DNA of 64,000 nt from the human T2T-CHM13v2.0 reference genome, Homo sapiens. The notes below the pieces were generated by a model, which was not told the origin of the DNA, did not search any database, and worked only from the letters and a program-made list of their open reading frames with translations. Position numbers and translations under genes: made by a program. Where the stretch lies: NCBI RefSeq assembly GCF_009914755.1, contig NC_060936.1. One strand, written 5' to 3'. Below, one piece after another: positions 43,115 to 57,464 of this stretch. The stretch's first letter is position 1; every line of letters begins with the position of its first letter.

Positions 43115-46100
43115 TAATCATCATTACAATATGTTGCAATATGGTTGTACAATAATATAATACTAAAACATATTGCACATTAAGATAAAACTTATAGGAA
43201 TTTAAGTTTTTCTTCTTGTACACAATTCATTCATTGAATTGTGGGTTCCATGAGGACAGACTGTGGCCTATTACTCTTTGCATATCCATCAGTGCCTGAC
43301 AAATAGCAGATATTCAAATATATTGTTCATTGAGAGAGGATTTACAGGAATTTGAGTTTTTCTTCCTGCACACAATTCCTAAAATTGCAAGCTTATGGTT
43401 ATTCTGCAGTATTTTGAAAATTATATTCTAATTATATGTCCAGACATTTCAATTTTCATTTATTAATTCAACAAACATTTAAATTCTTAAGGACACTGAT
43501 CTGGATTCAGTAAGACTCTAACACAGTTTCCTAATAAGTTACAAGAACATTTCAAGCCTACAAGATGGAGAAAAATAAGTCAATATTTCAAACATTTAAG
43601 TGATATTAAGAAGGCAACACATCAATTTTATTCCTCTGTGAGCAGGTAAGAGGACAAAATATTTCATTTTTAAATTCCATGATTTAAAAAGATGTGTCTT
43701 AGGAGTCAGCAGGTTACTTAAATATCTGTGTCATTTATAAACACAAATTATTTGCATTCACTCATATGGCTCTAATCTTATTAGACCAAAACAGCCACTT
43801 GCATAATATTATTAAAATGAGTTAAATTCAACCTATTCACTGTATTTATACCAACCACTTTCTTCTCTCCATGCGTTACGTCTTATAACTTGAAGTTATT
43901 TTATAAATTTGTTTATTGTTTGCTGCCTCTGCCACTAAATGGAAACTCCATGAGGACAGGCACATTGTTTACCTTGTTAGTTGTATTTCCAAAACTAGAT
44001 CAGTGTCTAGAACATAGTAAGTGCTTAATAAATATTTGCTCAAAATAATAATGAATGGGTGAATGATTATTACACATTGTCCAAGAAGTATACATTTTTA
44101 AAACTGGGAAATGATACAAAGAAACATGCTCCTTTGACTGATTTTTAAGACCCCTCCCCCGGGCCTTGACAACTATTATGCCTGTCAAAGCAAGTACGTT
44201 AGTAAGAGAGACTATTTTATCTTTCAAAAGATTGTATAAAACATTTTCATTTTACTAAAGTGTTTAAAAAATCGAAAACAAAAACCATTGTTTTACATAT
44301 GAAAAATGTTTATTATAAACATACCTTCAGAATGTATCATTCTTTTTGAAAATTCTGTAGCCCAGTTTTAGCCCTGTCTATCATGTATTGGTTGCTTAAT
44401 TCTGGCCAACTATTTATTTTCCCTGAGCTTGTCAACTTTGCAGTAAAATGGGGATAAAATATGCAAATTATCTAGCTGATAGAAAGAATAAACAAGATAA
44501 TGTATGCATAGTATTTAGCATAGTAGTAGTAACAACAGGAAAGTAGTCAGAGTAGAAAATACTACCTTAGAGTTAAAAGCAAGCTTGGGGCTTCTCATTT
44601 CTGTCCTACATATTTGAGACAGTCATCCCCTTAATAGATTCTGTAACTAGGGCACATGCTACCTCTGTGTGACCACCTCCAGTGATGCTGAGCTCTCTAC
44701 CATTGAGGCAACTGATTTCATTATTATCAAGTTTGATTCTTGAAAGGCCTTTCTTTCTTTGAAGGCTTACCACCATCACAACCTCCTCCATAATACCCAC
44801 TATTTGATCATAGTTTTGCTCTCTATGGCCACACAAAGCAGCCCTATTCTTCTTTTGGTTTAACTATTTGAAGACTTTGATCACTGAGCTGAAATTTCTC
44901 ATAATAAAAAGGAAAATACAAGATTTCAGTAAAATCCAGTATTGCAGATGTGGTCCAACTGATATGTGCCTACCTAGCCCAAAGGACAATGTCCCTATCA
45001 TACCCCTCTTTTAATTCATGCAGTTTCCACTTAGCATTTTGGGGTATATGTATATGCATGTATGACTGTGTGTTTTGACCAAGCACATCACCAGCTGACT
45101 CATTCTTCTTTTAGCTGCTAAATCCTCTAAGTTGTTTTTCCATGTGCTAGCCTTAAACAATATTTCTCTCTTCTGTACTTGTGACACTGTTTATTTGGAG
45201 GCATTTTCTGTTTAGTAGGTAAACACAAAGCTTAACCTTTAATTCCTCATAAAGTCATTGTTATTATATTTAACTCATTGTTTCAGATTGAGGAATTGTG
45301 ACAATTTTGGCTTCCACATCTTTGCTCACATTACCTACAGCTAGCTTTCTCCCCATCAGTGCCTGTTAAATTCTTTCTTCAAATATTGCCCAAATACTAG
45401 TCTTTTCCTGAGGCATTCTCATTAAAATAATAAATGTATGTACTAAATAAATTGTATTACATTTTCTATATAAATTTACACTACATGACATGAGAAGAAC
45501 AACCCCAAGATTCTGTGATAAGAAAAGGATGAATAGTTCTTTAAGTGATGCTAAGACACAGACTAAGAAGAAACAGAAACAAAACGTGGTAGTAAGAGAA
45601 CCTGAGTACAAGAGTTTTTGAGCTTCTCTGGATGACCACAGTTGGTTTTCTTTCTACCAAATGATATTATGTTAGGAATCATATAAATATGGTTAGGTCT
45701 TATTTAAGAATCCACTCCTTCATTTATAATGTGACGGGAATGTGGCTCTGACATAGTGGAAGACATACATAATTGAACAATTCGAAGTTATTTAGTCATA
45801 TAATACAATAACATTGCCAAAGACTTAAAGATATTTAGATGTGTTAACAAGTATATTCACAAATTCAAAAGACAAAATGATACAGAGTTTCCTTCAGGAA
45901 GATAAATGTAAAATCAGCTACAATTTACAAGTTAAAAAGTCACTAAAATTTTTAATTAAATATAAAGTAACAGGAAGCAAAGATGAATTAGACAGACTTC
46001 TGCCCTAAAAGAGTTGACTAATTGGTGGGACTAGGACGGGGTGAGACATTATAGTGTTGCAGTTAAAGAACATGGGCTCTAGATTTAGACAGACTTGCAT

Positions 46101-47120
46101 TTGACTCCAAATACTAGAACTTAATAGCCACGAAACTTTGGATAAGTTAAACTAATTCCTCAAACCTGTTTATTTTAAATCTGTAAAATGGTTCTGAAAA
46201 TAAAAATTACTTCTCAAGAGTGGTTTTTATAATTAAATGGGATAAAGTATAAAAAGTAGTTATCACAGTACCCAAAGCAAAATACATTTGTAATAAATAA
46301 TTGGCTTCAATTACTGTTCTTACCCTAATTCTTGTCAGAAACATCTTTATCATCATTTATTATTATTGTTATTATGACTACTTCTACTATTGCTGCTGCT
46401 ACTACTACTACTATTGCCATTCCTGCTAGTATATGATGATGAGTGGTAATAAGTTAGCCTGAAATCAGTTATACTTTGAAAAGGAAAATAGCACAGCTGG
46501 ACAGTTAAACGGCAGAGAGAAGAGCCAACAGTAAATTCTTGCTATGATCCAGCCAAGAGATGTGGAGAGCTTTAGAACAATGGCTGTGATAATGAAAAAA
46601 AAAAAAAAAAGTAATACGAAAGCAAAATAGTGAATAGCAATTACTTTCCTAGAGCGTCCTTTAAAAATAATAACAAACAAGCTACCTAGAATTCACTTAA
46701 TGTCTTTTTAAACCACAACCATTCTAATTTTCAATTTGCCTTAGAAGGAATGATATTTAGTCTTTTACATTACTCTGAATTCCTTGTTGGAATTATTATT
46801 AACTACTTAATGATGTTCAGAGCTTTAAGAAACACTTCACATTACATTATTTCAAAATGTCTTATGCAGCTATTCCTTAGAACACCTACAGCAGAGAGAA
46901 ACAAATGATATCAAACAAACAAAATGAATGAATTACTCATTTTACCACTTTCCCCAATTTCCATAATTTAACTAATTGGTAATTAGAGAACTGAAACATT
47001 AGGACTAATTGAATAAAGGGCAAAAAGAAAGGACTTTTAAGTATTCACAAAAATTTTAAAGATCTTGTTGAAATAAGGAAAGATTATAATTAACCTTAGA
47101 TTTCACTATAAAACACTGTT

Positions 47121-47126
47121 TTTATT
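47121..47126 (-). terminator. Intronic poly(A) signal candidate for the short isoform
   Basis: AATAAA ~60 nt after the read-through stop. Confidence 0.5.
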
Positions 47127-47186
47127 TGTCTTTTTAAAAATGTAAGCACACTTTTGAAGTGTCACTTTTCACTAATATTTAACTAC

Positions 47187-47300
47187 CTAGAATGAAGTGT
47201 TATGTGTGATTTGCCCACAGAAAACTGTAACAGAATTTGAGAGAGGGATGAATCCAGAAATGGTGATTAGTAGAATGAGGAAGGGCTCTAACATACTAAC
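47187..47300 (-). CDS. SLC6A15: Intron-5 read-through C-terminus of the short SLC6A15 isoform (37 aa, 289 aa total)
   Basis: Frame stays open past the weak donor to TAG at 47189-47187; AATAAA on minus at 47126-47121; matches my recollection of an annotated 289-aa isoform. Confidence 0.8.
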   Translation of the reverse strand, partial: VSMLEPFLILLITISGFIPLSNSVTVFCGQITHNTSF

Positions 47301-47482
47301 TTTTCCAGAAGACTGAATGCCTTTGATCATAGCCAAGCAAACCATGACCCAGGCAGCCAACAAGCAGATGGTCATCTTCCAGTTTAAGCCCCCACTTTCA
47401 GAAATGGAACTTGAAATATTCAGTGCTTCCCTGTACCAGTAATAGGTGGTGGCAGAACTTTGTTCACATTCTGGTTCTACAA
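47301..47482 (-). CDS. SLC6A15: SLC6A15 exon 5 (182 nt; [17 protein letters not shown]...KGIQSSGK)
   Basis: ctacag| acceptor, AAA|GTTAGT donor; cumulative 756 nt, phase 0. Confidence 0.97.
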
Positions 47483-47724
47483 CTGTAGAAAGAAAAGTAA
47501 CACACAATTATTTCAGAATATAAAGAGCAATGCGACAATTTCTTTTCCAATAAACCTGTAAGTGAATTCTTAATGCTTCCTAGAAAAGTACTACCATTGT
47601 ATAGCAGCATGTAAATTCACAATGAACAATAAAAATTCAACTGTGCAACAAACAGAAATGTATCCTGTTAAATATTTCTTATGCAGTCCTGCAGTAAGAA
47701 TATGTGAACCTCTTATCAAAGTAA

Positions 47725-48063
<339 letters not shown>

Positions 48064-48124
48064 TAAACAAATCAGGTTTATCACCCCTACTACCCTTGGA
48101 ATTATGGGATTGACTCCCTGGGTA

Positions 48125-48420
48125 AGCATTGTCAAATATGCTAGCTGCTGGCCACATGTTGCTTTAGAAATGGGGCCAATCTAAAGTGACATGGGTTACA
48201 AATGTGAAATTTGAACTAGATTTCAGATTCAGTATAAGAAAATTATTGTGAATTATTATATTAATAATGTTTAGAGTAATTATATATTGAAATAGTATTT
48301 TTATATAATAGATTAAGTAAAATATTTCATCTATTTCTTTTTACTTTCTTTAAACATGTTTACTTGAAAAATATAAACTATATCTGTGCATTACAATCTA
48401 TGTTTACTAGACATCACTAC
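48125..48420. mobile_element. MER33/MER3-like hAT-Charlie element
   Basis: Ends gcattgtcaaata..ctggccacatg / catt..atgtttactagacatcact. Confidence 0.6.
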
Positions 48421-48876
48421 TATAGGTGACTGCTCTTTATAATATTTATATTATATTATGGGATTTAAAAAAATGATGGGAAAAGTATGAAACAACAGAA
48501 CCAAAGACATAAAAGCAACTATTTTCATTCAAATTCTTATTTCTGTCCCCTTTCTGTTAGTTTTAATGAAAATGTAAGGCATCAATCAGGGCATACAAAA
48601 TAAAGATTATCAAAGTTAATAAGTGAAGGCTTATAATACTTTACCCTAATATCTTAGGGCATAGTAAAGTAACTTGGAAAGAGCTAAAAAAATTAGATGG
48701 TCCCAAAAGTCTATCTCTAAGAGTATGTCAATCCTGAATGTGAGCAAAGTCTGTTATAATGATAATTTTGAATGATGTTTCTACATTATTTTAAAAAGAA
48801 AAAAATCTTGAAAGCTTGTACCTTTGCCACTCTTATAATGCTTAAATACCAAAACACTGTATTATACATATCTTAC

Positions 48877-49003
48877 AAGTGTGTGAAGCATTTTTCACCA
48901 AAGGACACTGATCCCAAGGCAGGGGTTGCTGAAAAGACTGAGAAAAATAAAACAAACTCCAGCCAATGATGACGTTGTAGTAGAGAGCTACAAAATAGCA
49001 CAC
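48877..49003 (-). CDS. SLC6A15: SLC6A15 exon 4 (127 nt; [33 protein letters not shown]...)
   Basis: tgcag| acceptor, T|GTAAGA donor; YYN/LPW SLC6 motifs. Confidence 0.97.
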
Positions 49004-49352
49004 CTGCAAAATAAAATGATATCCCATTAAACCTCTCATACCTCTTCCATTAAAAGAATGAGATCAAATGCATAAAATTTTATTTAACATTTTAAAATCC
49101 TCTTCATTTTATTATTTATTTGGGACACATTATCTTTTCTAAAAAGTTAATGTCTTTCTCAGGACTTAGAACAGGCATTAACAACATTGAGCTATATTAA
49201 TATTTATAGTTAATCCATATGCCAGTAACGTTTTCTAAAACATAGTAAAAGAGTTGTTTATTAACACACACTCCAAAGTTTCATTTAAATGTTAATTATA
49301 TAATTTGAAACCCTATAAAGATTACAGCATACACCAACAAAAGGAAACTTAC

Positions 49353-49510
49353 TACACAACTTGCAAATCCAATCCCGCCCAGTTTAGGGCTTATGTAATT
49401 CCATACACCAATGCTGCCTCGCCGAATTCTTTGACCCACAGAGAGTTCCAAGAAAAAAAGGGGAATACCTATTACCATAAGTAGTATTAAATATGGTAAA
49501 AGATATGCAC
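49353..49510 (-). CDS. SLC6A15: SLC6A15 exon 3 (158 nt; [26 protein letters not shown]...)
   Basis: tttag|GT acceptor, GTA|GTAAGT donor; TM2 motif [13 protein letters not shown]. Confidence 0.97.
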
Positions 49511-50389
49511 CTAAAGAAACAACAACAAAAAATAGATTATATTTTCAATACAGTAGAAAATACACTAGTTCAGTTTATCCCATTAAAGATAATATTTGAA
49601 TTACTATATAGTGCAATTATGGAGAGCTCTGAAGAAGACACAATTTCATTACTTTGCACTTTCTAGATTCTGAAACTTGAATTTGATTTCTACAAAGAGT
49701 TTCTGATAATAAAATAATTAGGATAAAATTAAGAATATTAATGAATAGCTTTAGCTTAAATTTATTTAAAGAGTAAAACAGTTTCATTTTCCATAAAAAT
49801 AATTGATTATTTAAAATTCATTCTTTTCTGGGGCAGGTTTCACAAACTCCTAGAAATCTTATTCACACAATGTTTATGAACTCATTTATTAAAATTTATA
49901 CAAACTCATTGAAATAATGCATTCTAAATCAGAAAAATTAGAGTGAATGAGATTTTATGGCATTAACGTTGACTTTTTTTTCCAAATAAAATAACATCAT
50001 GGAAGAAGAAATGTCTGCTTAGACTGAAAAAGAAAAAAAAAAAACAGCAACATAACTTCTACCAGAGACAAATGTCATTTTTCCCATAAATACTACATAA
50101 AAGAAGTACACAAATAGATTTTGTTTTCCAAAATTATCAGAAAAGGTAGTGAGAGTCATTAAGAAATTAAAACATTTAATATCTATTGTAAAAATGTATA
50201 TGTTATTATCCTTGTAATAAAATTTCCATATTTTAAAAAGTATTTTTTAGTTAAATCACAAATTAAGACATATGACTATGACTAGTGATTTCAAAAGGTA
50301 CCTAAATAGTTTGACAATGTTAATACAAGATTCTATTAACTGAATTATAAAAAGATGAATGTGAAACCTTTACTCATTTCTTTGTGTCT

Positions 50390-50545
50390 TTCTTTCCTTT
50401 TGGAGACAGGCTCTCACTCTGTCACCCAGGCTGAAGTACAGTGGTGTGATCACTGTTCACTGCATTCTCAAACTACCCAGCTCAAGGGATCTTCCCACCT
50501 CAGCCTGTGGAGGTCGTTCCTACATGAGGCTACATGTGCAAATTA
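50390..50545 (-). mobile_element. Alu right-arm/FRAM fragment
   Basis: gagacaggctctcactctgtcacccaggctg. Confidence 0.75.
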
Positions 50546-51264
50546 TTATTAAATGACCTCTTAGCTAAACTTCTTACATTCAATTTTTTAATCTGCAGTT
50601 TTGTCCAACTAGATACTGTTAAATGTAATGGTCTTACAATCAATGGTAACTAATTCCTATTTTCTATAAAGAGCCTTTTATTATACATTTCCTACATATT
50701 TATCATATGTTTAATGGCACTGAATAGATTTTTGAAGCTATTCGAATCGTCTTAATGGAATATTTAGTGGAACACAAATACATAGTGAGTAACTGTATTC
50801 AGCTGAAGCAGTGAAATAATGGATTTTTTCAAATTATTTATCTCAGCATCTGTTTATCTCTGTAATAATGATTATATCCAGGCATTTCCCTACATAGTGG
50901 TTGCTACATAATCTGAACCTTTCTATGACTGATTTTCAGTCTTTCATTCTTAGTTGATTCTAACAAAACTACATATACAATGTAAAAATTGGATGCATGA
51001 GCTTAGAAAACAAAATTCTAATTCTAAAATGATTAGTAACATTCAGGAACTGCTGACCTGAATGTTTTTCCCAAAGACTGAAAGTGAATTTTAACATCTG
51101 CATCAAATCTTAGATTATAAATGGATTTTTTATACGCATGTGAATGAGTAAGAAAAAAGAGAGAGAGAAAGAATTATGACTGAACTCATTAGGGATTTTT
51201 TTCCAGTCATGTGTGGGTGACATGCTGTTGGATACTTAGACTTTTCTTCTATCTCAAATTCTTC

Positions 51265-52205
<941 letters not shown>

Positions 52206-52214
52206 TTTTTCTTT

Positions 52215-53062
52215 TAAGCGTGGCACGTTGGCATGCTGGATACCTTGAACTAAAGGAAATTGGAAGGACCTCGGAAGCCAAGGCTTCCTGGCCTTTTTCT
52301 TTACTCCTGTCTCCCACTCTTTTTTTGTCCCTGAAGCAAGTCACAGACACAAGATTTCTTCCCCTCAAGGTGGGTCATAGAAACTAGAATGCCTCTTCCC
52401 CAAAGCAAGCCACAAAACCTAGAAAGGTCATCTTCTCCCTTCTCCCTTGAAGATCCTCATTCCGGAGACGTCCTGTTTCATATCCAGGAGGAAGGAATGC
52501 CACTCAGAGAGGCCAAGAAAAATCTGAACAGACAGGACTTGCTGGGTTTGCTTCCTTTAGTCTATTCTCACTAGATCTACCCTTTTGTCCAATCACATTT
52601 CTATATGGCTGCCTATACTTCAGGTAATCTAAGCATAAAAACAGTTGCCTGGGCGCGGTGGCTCATGCCTGTAGTCCCAGCACTTTGGGAGGCCGAGGCA
52701 GACGGATCATGAGGTCAGGAGATCAAGACCATCCTGGCTAACACGGTGAAACCCTGTCTCTACCAAAAATACAAAAAATTAGCTGGGCGCGGTGGCGGGC
52801 GCCTGCAGTCCCAGCTACTCGGGAGGCTGAGGCAGGAGAATGGCATGAACCCGGGAGGCGGAGCTTGCAGTGAGCAGACAGAGATTGCGCCACTGAACTC
52901 CAGGCTGGGCAAAAGAGCAAGACTCGGTCTCAGAAAAAAATAAAAATAAAAATAAAAATAAAAATAAAAATAAAAAAAACAGTTTTCCCTGAGTCTTTGG
53001 GTCTTCATTTCTGAAAGTTCCCATGTCATGAAAGACTACGATTTAATAAATGTGTTACGCTT
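52215..53062 (+). mobile_element. MER39-like ERV1 LTR interrupted by AluY
   Basis: ttggcatgctggataccttgaactaaaggaaattggaagg..gaggccaagaaaaatctgaacagacagg..; CCAAT, cataaaa and aataaa in LTR order. Confidence 0.7.
52646..52974 (+). mobile_element. AluY-like with (AAAAAT)n tail
   Basis: gaccatcctggctaacacggtg; TSD aaaaacagtt. Confidence 0.92.
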
Positions 53063-55268
53063 TAAATACATATATTTGAACATGTACTATTTGCCAGCCA
53101 TATTTCTAAGCACATTACCTGTAGCTATTAATGTATCCCTTATAAGAATCCTTGGAGATAGATAAAATTATTAACCCTATTTTACAGGGTGGAAACTAAG
53201 CCTGAACAAATGAGGTAGCCTGTGAAAGGTCACATGGGTAGTGTGTAAAAGAACCAGGCTTCAAACAGTGAAATTGACTTCAAAACCTGATCTGGAAGTC
53301 TCTATACTATACCACCTACTTCGCCTAACTATTGTGTTTTAAAAGGATAATATCACTAGGCAAATAAACTTATATTGACTCTATTACCTTTTTTTTCTAT
53401 TACTCAAAAAGTGCTTAAGTGATTCATGAATAAGATTTTGATAGCCTGAGGCAGAGGACTATCTTCTGGTTGTTTAGTCAGAAGATATTCCTCCAACAAT
53501 TAGAAGACTCAATGCCATACTGAATGGTGAGTACAATCTTTGGTACTGTAACAACCATTCTAAAGTGAAAAATCGGTTGGTATTTTATAATATGTACACT
53601 ACTGCTTTCTAGTATTTCCATTTAGTAGAAAAGAAATAATACTAGAAAAGATATTTTGACTTTTTTAATATATGGAAATAAGAAGGAGGAGCCATTTGTG
53701 CTAAGAACCAATTACTACATATAAAATCTTTTAGCACTCTCCAGCAAGACAGAAATTGTACTAAATGGAAGTCAACCTGACTTTTCAGCCAAATCAGCTA
53801 TCCTCCTTAATAGTGTGGTCAATACGACTTACAAGGCAAAAAAGTCTTAAAACCAGAATTGATATTCTGCTAGTCTTGGCAAATGGAATGATTTGTGAGA
53901 AACAAAAAGCAGGATAGTACATAGTTGCTTACAGCTGATTTAATAAATAATTCATGTGTGAGGTTACTGGCTAGCTAAGGAGATTTTCAGTATAGGGATG
54001 CACAGTGCGTCACTGACTCTACGTTCGATCTTTACCTCTAAGGCAGATTTGCCAAATGGACTACTTTTTCCAAACCTTTTGTTTTGTGCCTGTTTGAATT
54101 AACTAAAAGATATCTTAAACATATTTTGTCACCATAACATCTTAGAGTTTCATGTTTCAGTGGCCAGGAAAAAATTTACATACGCATGGGTTTTATTATT
54201 TTATTTGATGTAGGGTTTGTAGATTACAACCACATTAAAAATAAACCATATTTTTGTCCAGTCAATAAAATTATCACAAACTAGAATCAAATACCAAAAT
54301 ATTCTTTATATACTTTGTGTCCTGAAATGCATGACTTATGGAATATTTTATTTTCAGCCACACTTATTTTAACAGCATGTACGTGTACATAAATAATAAT
54401 ATTTCATATACATAGATAATAACATTTCAATCCAATGTTAGTTAAATTAAATTCAGTTTGGTTTTGGTGTACTATAGAATTAGCATCATATGTAAACAAT
54501 TTTCCCCTTTGTAAAGTTTTTTCCCTAGACTTCTAAGATAATTTTGCTAAGTAAGCCTTTATAAGTACAAATGTAAATATTAATAGCAAGAATAGCAATG
54601 ATGTTGCAGATAATTTTGTTTAAAATTAAGGTTGCTAATTTCTTTAAAGTTGTCTTTGAAATGGAACATTGTTCCAAAATACCCCCATAGAACTGGAAAG
54701 GAAATGCATAAAATGCCTAAGAATGAAGAATGTCTAGCATTGTATTATCTGTTTACATTCCTTCTGCTGGGATCTAAATGTTCTCATCAGCATTTGAAGA
54801 TTATAATTATTCTAAGTTACATATCATTTTGTATTTTTTGAAGAATGAGGCAACTTAAAATTAAGAATTAATAAATCACGGAGAGAAAATTCTCTGTTTT
54901 CCTTCACCAGTATTGTCATATATCAGAAGCTTTAGGTTATTCTTCAAAGGGAATAATTTACAAGCACAAACGATGCAAGAAAAGTTTCACTCAGTTATTC
55001 AGAGTTGTTTAATAAGCTTCCGGAGAAAGAAGTTGAGAATGTGTTACCCTTAAGCAATCCCTGAGCATTCACAGCAAGCCCATCTGCTCCTGTGGAAACG
55101 TAATCTGAAAACATATCTGGGCTCACTTCCCACAAAGAAGTGGGTTTCTCTAGCTTTACAATGAAATTGAAAGTTTCAAAAATAATGAGAAACAGCAATA
55201 ATAGGAGCTATTTGAGAAACCCAATTGCAATTTACTACAGTAATTTATCACTTAAAAAGATTACTTAC

Positions 55269-55557
55269 CGCCCCCATTCTTCTGACATAGGTATGGAAAT
55301 CGCCACACATTTCCTAAACCTACAGAAAATCCAACTTGGGCCAGGATGTATTGTAGTTTACTGTTCCAAGCTGGTCTTTCATCTTCGACTTCAGATCCTT
55401 CTTCAACATCTGTATCTTTCTCTTCCTGGCCATCAACAATTAGTTCACTTGTCTTAAAAGCATCATCAGCTGCGTCTTCATTGGAAAGAAGGTCTTTGAC
55501 AGACTCAGTAACATCATCATCTAATTCTCTTTTTACCACCTTGCTATTTTTGGGCAT
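55269..55557 (-). CDS. SLC6A15: SLC6A15 exon 2 coding part (ATG at 55557; 289 nt; [15 protein letters not shown]...[18 protein letters not shown])
   Basis: SLC6 TM1 signature [23 protein letters not shown]; donor G|GTAAGT; phase 1 matches the next exon. Confidence 0.97.
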
Positions 55558-55746
55558 TGGAGAGTATGCGAAGTATTTAAAAAAAAAAAAAAAAAACTCC
55601 CTTATGGCAAATGTGTTAACTCTATTTTTCAAAACAATGTTACTTGATAGGAAGTAAAGACCGAGGATGATATCAAATAAATCCTTGATTCAAGGTGATA
55701 AAGCCTTATGGATTCTGAATCCGTATGTCCAGTATTCTGTAGGTAC
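55558..55746 (-). other. SLC6A15: SLC6A15 exon 2 5'UTR part
   Basis: Acceptor ttttacag|G (AG at 55748-55747); no upstream AUG in this segment; contains a U18 run. Confidence 0.75.
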
Positions 55747-56230
55747 CTGTAAAATTATAAGTTGAAATGTGATCATATTTAATGATGAAAAAATTTAAAT
55801 ACAGAATTATTCTTTTTTATTTTTATGATAGAAACCCTTTCTACAGAGTATAAAACATGTAACTGTCTTTAGCATTTCAGAGCTTAATATTCCCGTAAGT
55901 ATAAGAATTTTAAAGCACTTATGAGCTTCAAATACAATTTTCTTAGCTAACATCCTCCTTCTTGCAAAAATCTCAGATACACTCCAATGCATAATGAATA
56001 TTCTGTTCATTAGTAACTAAACTTTTAGGACTCTTTTTCTTAATTCTTTATTTTTTCCTCCCTGACTAAAGCAGATATTTTCTTATATATCCCTGATTTT
56101 GTTCCTTGTGGAATTATAAACACAATTGCAAACCAACGCTGTAAATTTGTCTCATATATAATCTCTTCTGTTCAAACATTCGTCATTCACTCATTTGATA
56201 TTAATTGTTCTTCTCAAAAATTTAACCTAG

Positions 56231-56530
56231 TTTATTTTATTTTATTTTTGGAGACAGGGTCCCACTCTGTCACCCAGGCTGGAGTGCTGTGGCAAAATCA
56301 GGACTCACTGCAGCCTGTACCTCTCCCAGAGATCCTCTTGCCTCAGTCCCAGAAGTAGCTGGGACTACAGGTGTGTACCACCACACCCAGCTAATTTTAT
56401 TTTTCTTTTCTTTGTAGAGATGAAGTCTCACTATGTTGCCTAGGCAGATCTCGAACTTCTGGGTTCAAGGGATCCCGCCTTGGCCTCCCAAAGTGCTGGG
56501 ATTATATTGCATAAGTGATCTCACCCAACC
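56231..56530 (-). mobile_element. AluJ
   Basis: Diverged dimer; candidate TSD at 56192-56208 and 56531-56547. Confidence 0.88.
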
Positions 56531-57408
56531 CATTTGATATTTATTGTGATGAGGCTTTATGGGATACAATAATCAATGAAACGTACAAAGCATGTTTTTA
56601 AGGATCTTATATTTAATAGAGAGAAAGGTACATCAAATAACAATTCTGTAGTGCAGAATTTAAATGACCCAACATTATTACAACAGGAAAGATCAGGAAT
56701 GTTGGATAAAATTAGAGTTGAGCATAAATGGAGTGAGGTCATACCCAATCATAAGGAAAAGTATAAATGAGACAAGAAATGCTCAAAATGTACATTATAT
56801 ATGTGATCAGTCTCTTAACAGCTCAGGAAAAACACTGTAATCCCTTTGGGATTTTTCTTTTCCTTTCTTTATTTGTATGTTACGTCTCCTATCCTTTTCC
56901 CCACTCAGACACAGACCAAGTAAATATATAAGACATGTCTACAGTCCAGCGACACTATGTTAAAATGTGACTGAAAAATATGACTGCTTCTCTTCAAATC
57001 TGAATTAGGAAGTTTATGAAATGGTAGCCCAAGAATTCCGCCCTTCATTTCTGGAATAAAATAGAATTTATTAAGAGAACTGCTATTAGATTGACATTAA
57101 AAGTCAAAGAAAACAGCTATCATATTTCAATCTATAATCTTAATGAGCAAGACAAAGTGTTGGGTAACCCAGTGGAAAAAAAATTACTTAACTTACTATG
57201 TAACTAATTTGTTGCCTTTAGGTTGGGATGATGTTTAGTTGTTTTAAAATTAAAATATATACCCTAAGAGCAAACACTTCTCGTTTAGGATTTGGTGAAG
57301 ATTAAGAGAAAACTGTTTAGAAAATTGTGAAAGAGATGCATTCCCAAAATATTTTGAGTGATAGACACATCTCCAGAATAGGTGTAAAACTTCCCACAGT
57401 GATTATTT

Positions 57409-57464
57409 TAAACTGATAAGAACAGATACTACACTTGATCTTAGCAAAAAGGCCGAGAAGCGAT
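57409..57464 (-). pseudogene. U2 snRNA 5'-end retropseudogene (nt 1-56, tailless)
   Basis: Reverse complement ATCGCTTCTCGGCCTTTTTGCTAAGATCAAGTGTAGTATCTGTTCTTATCAGTTTA matches the U2 5' end with one substitution; TSD cacagtga(t/c)tattt at 57395-57408 and 57465-57478. Confidence 0.95.

Noticed and set aside
55140-55657. + strand ORFs antisense to exon 2 (and 33909-34130 antisense to exon 9)
   Set aside because: Shadow frames of real coding exons, with no recognisable domain or splice support
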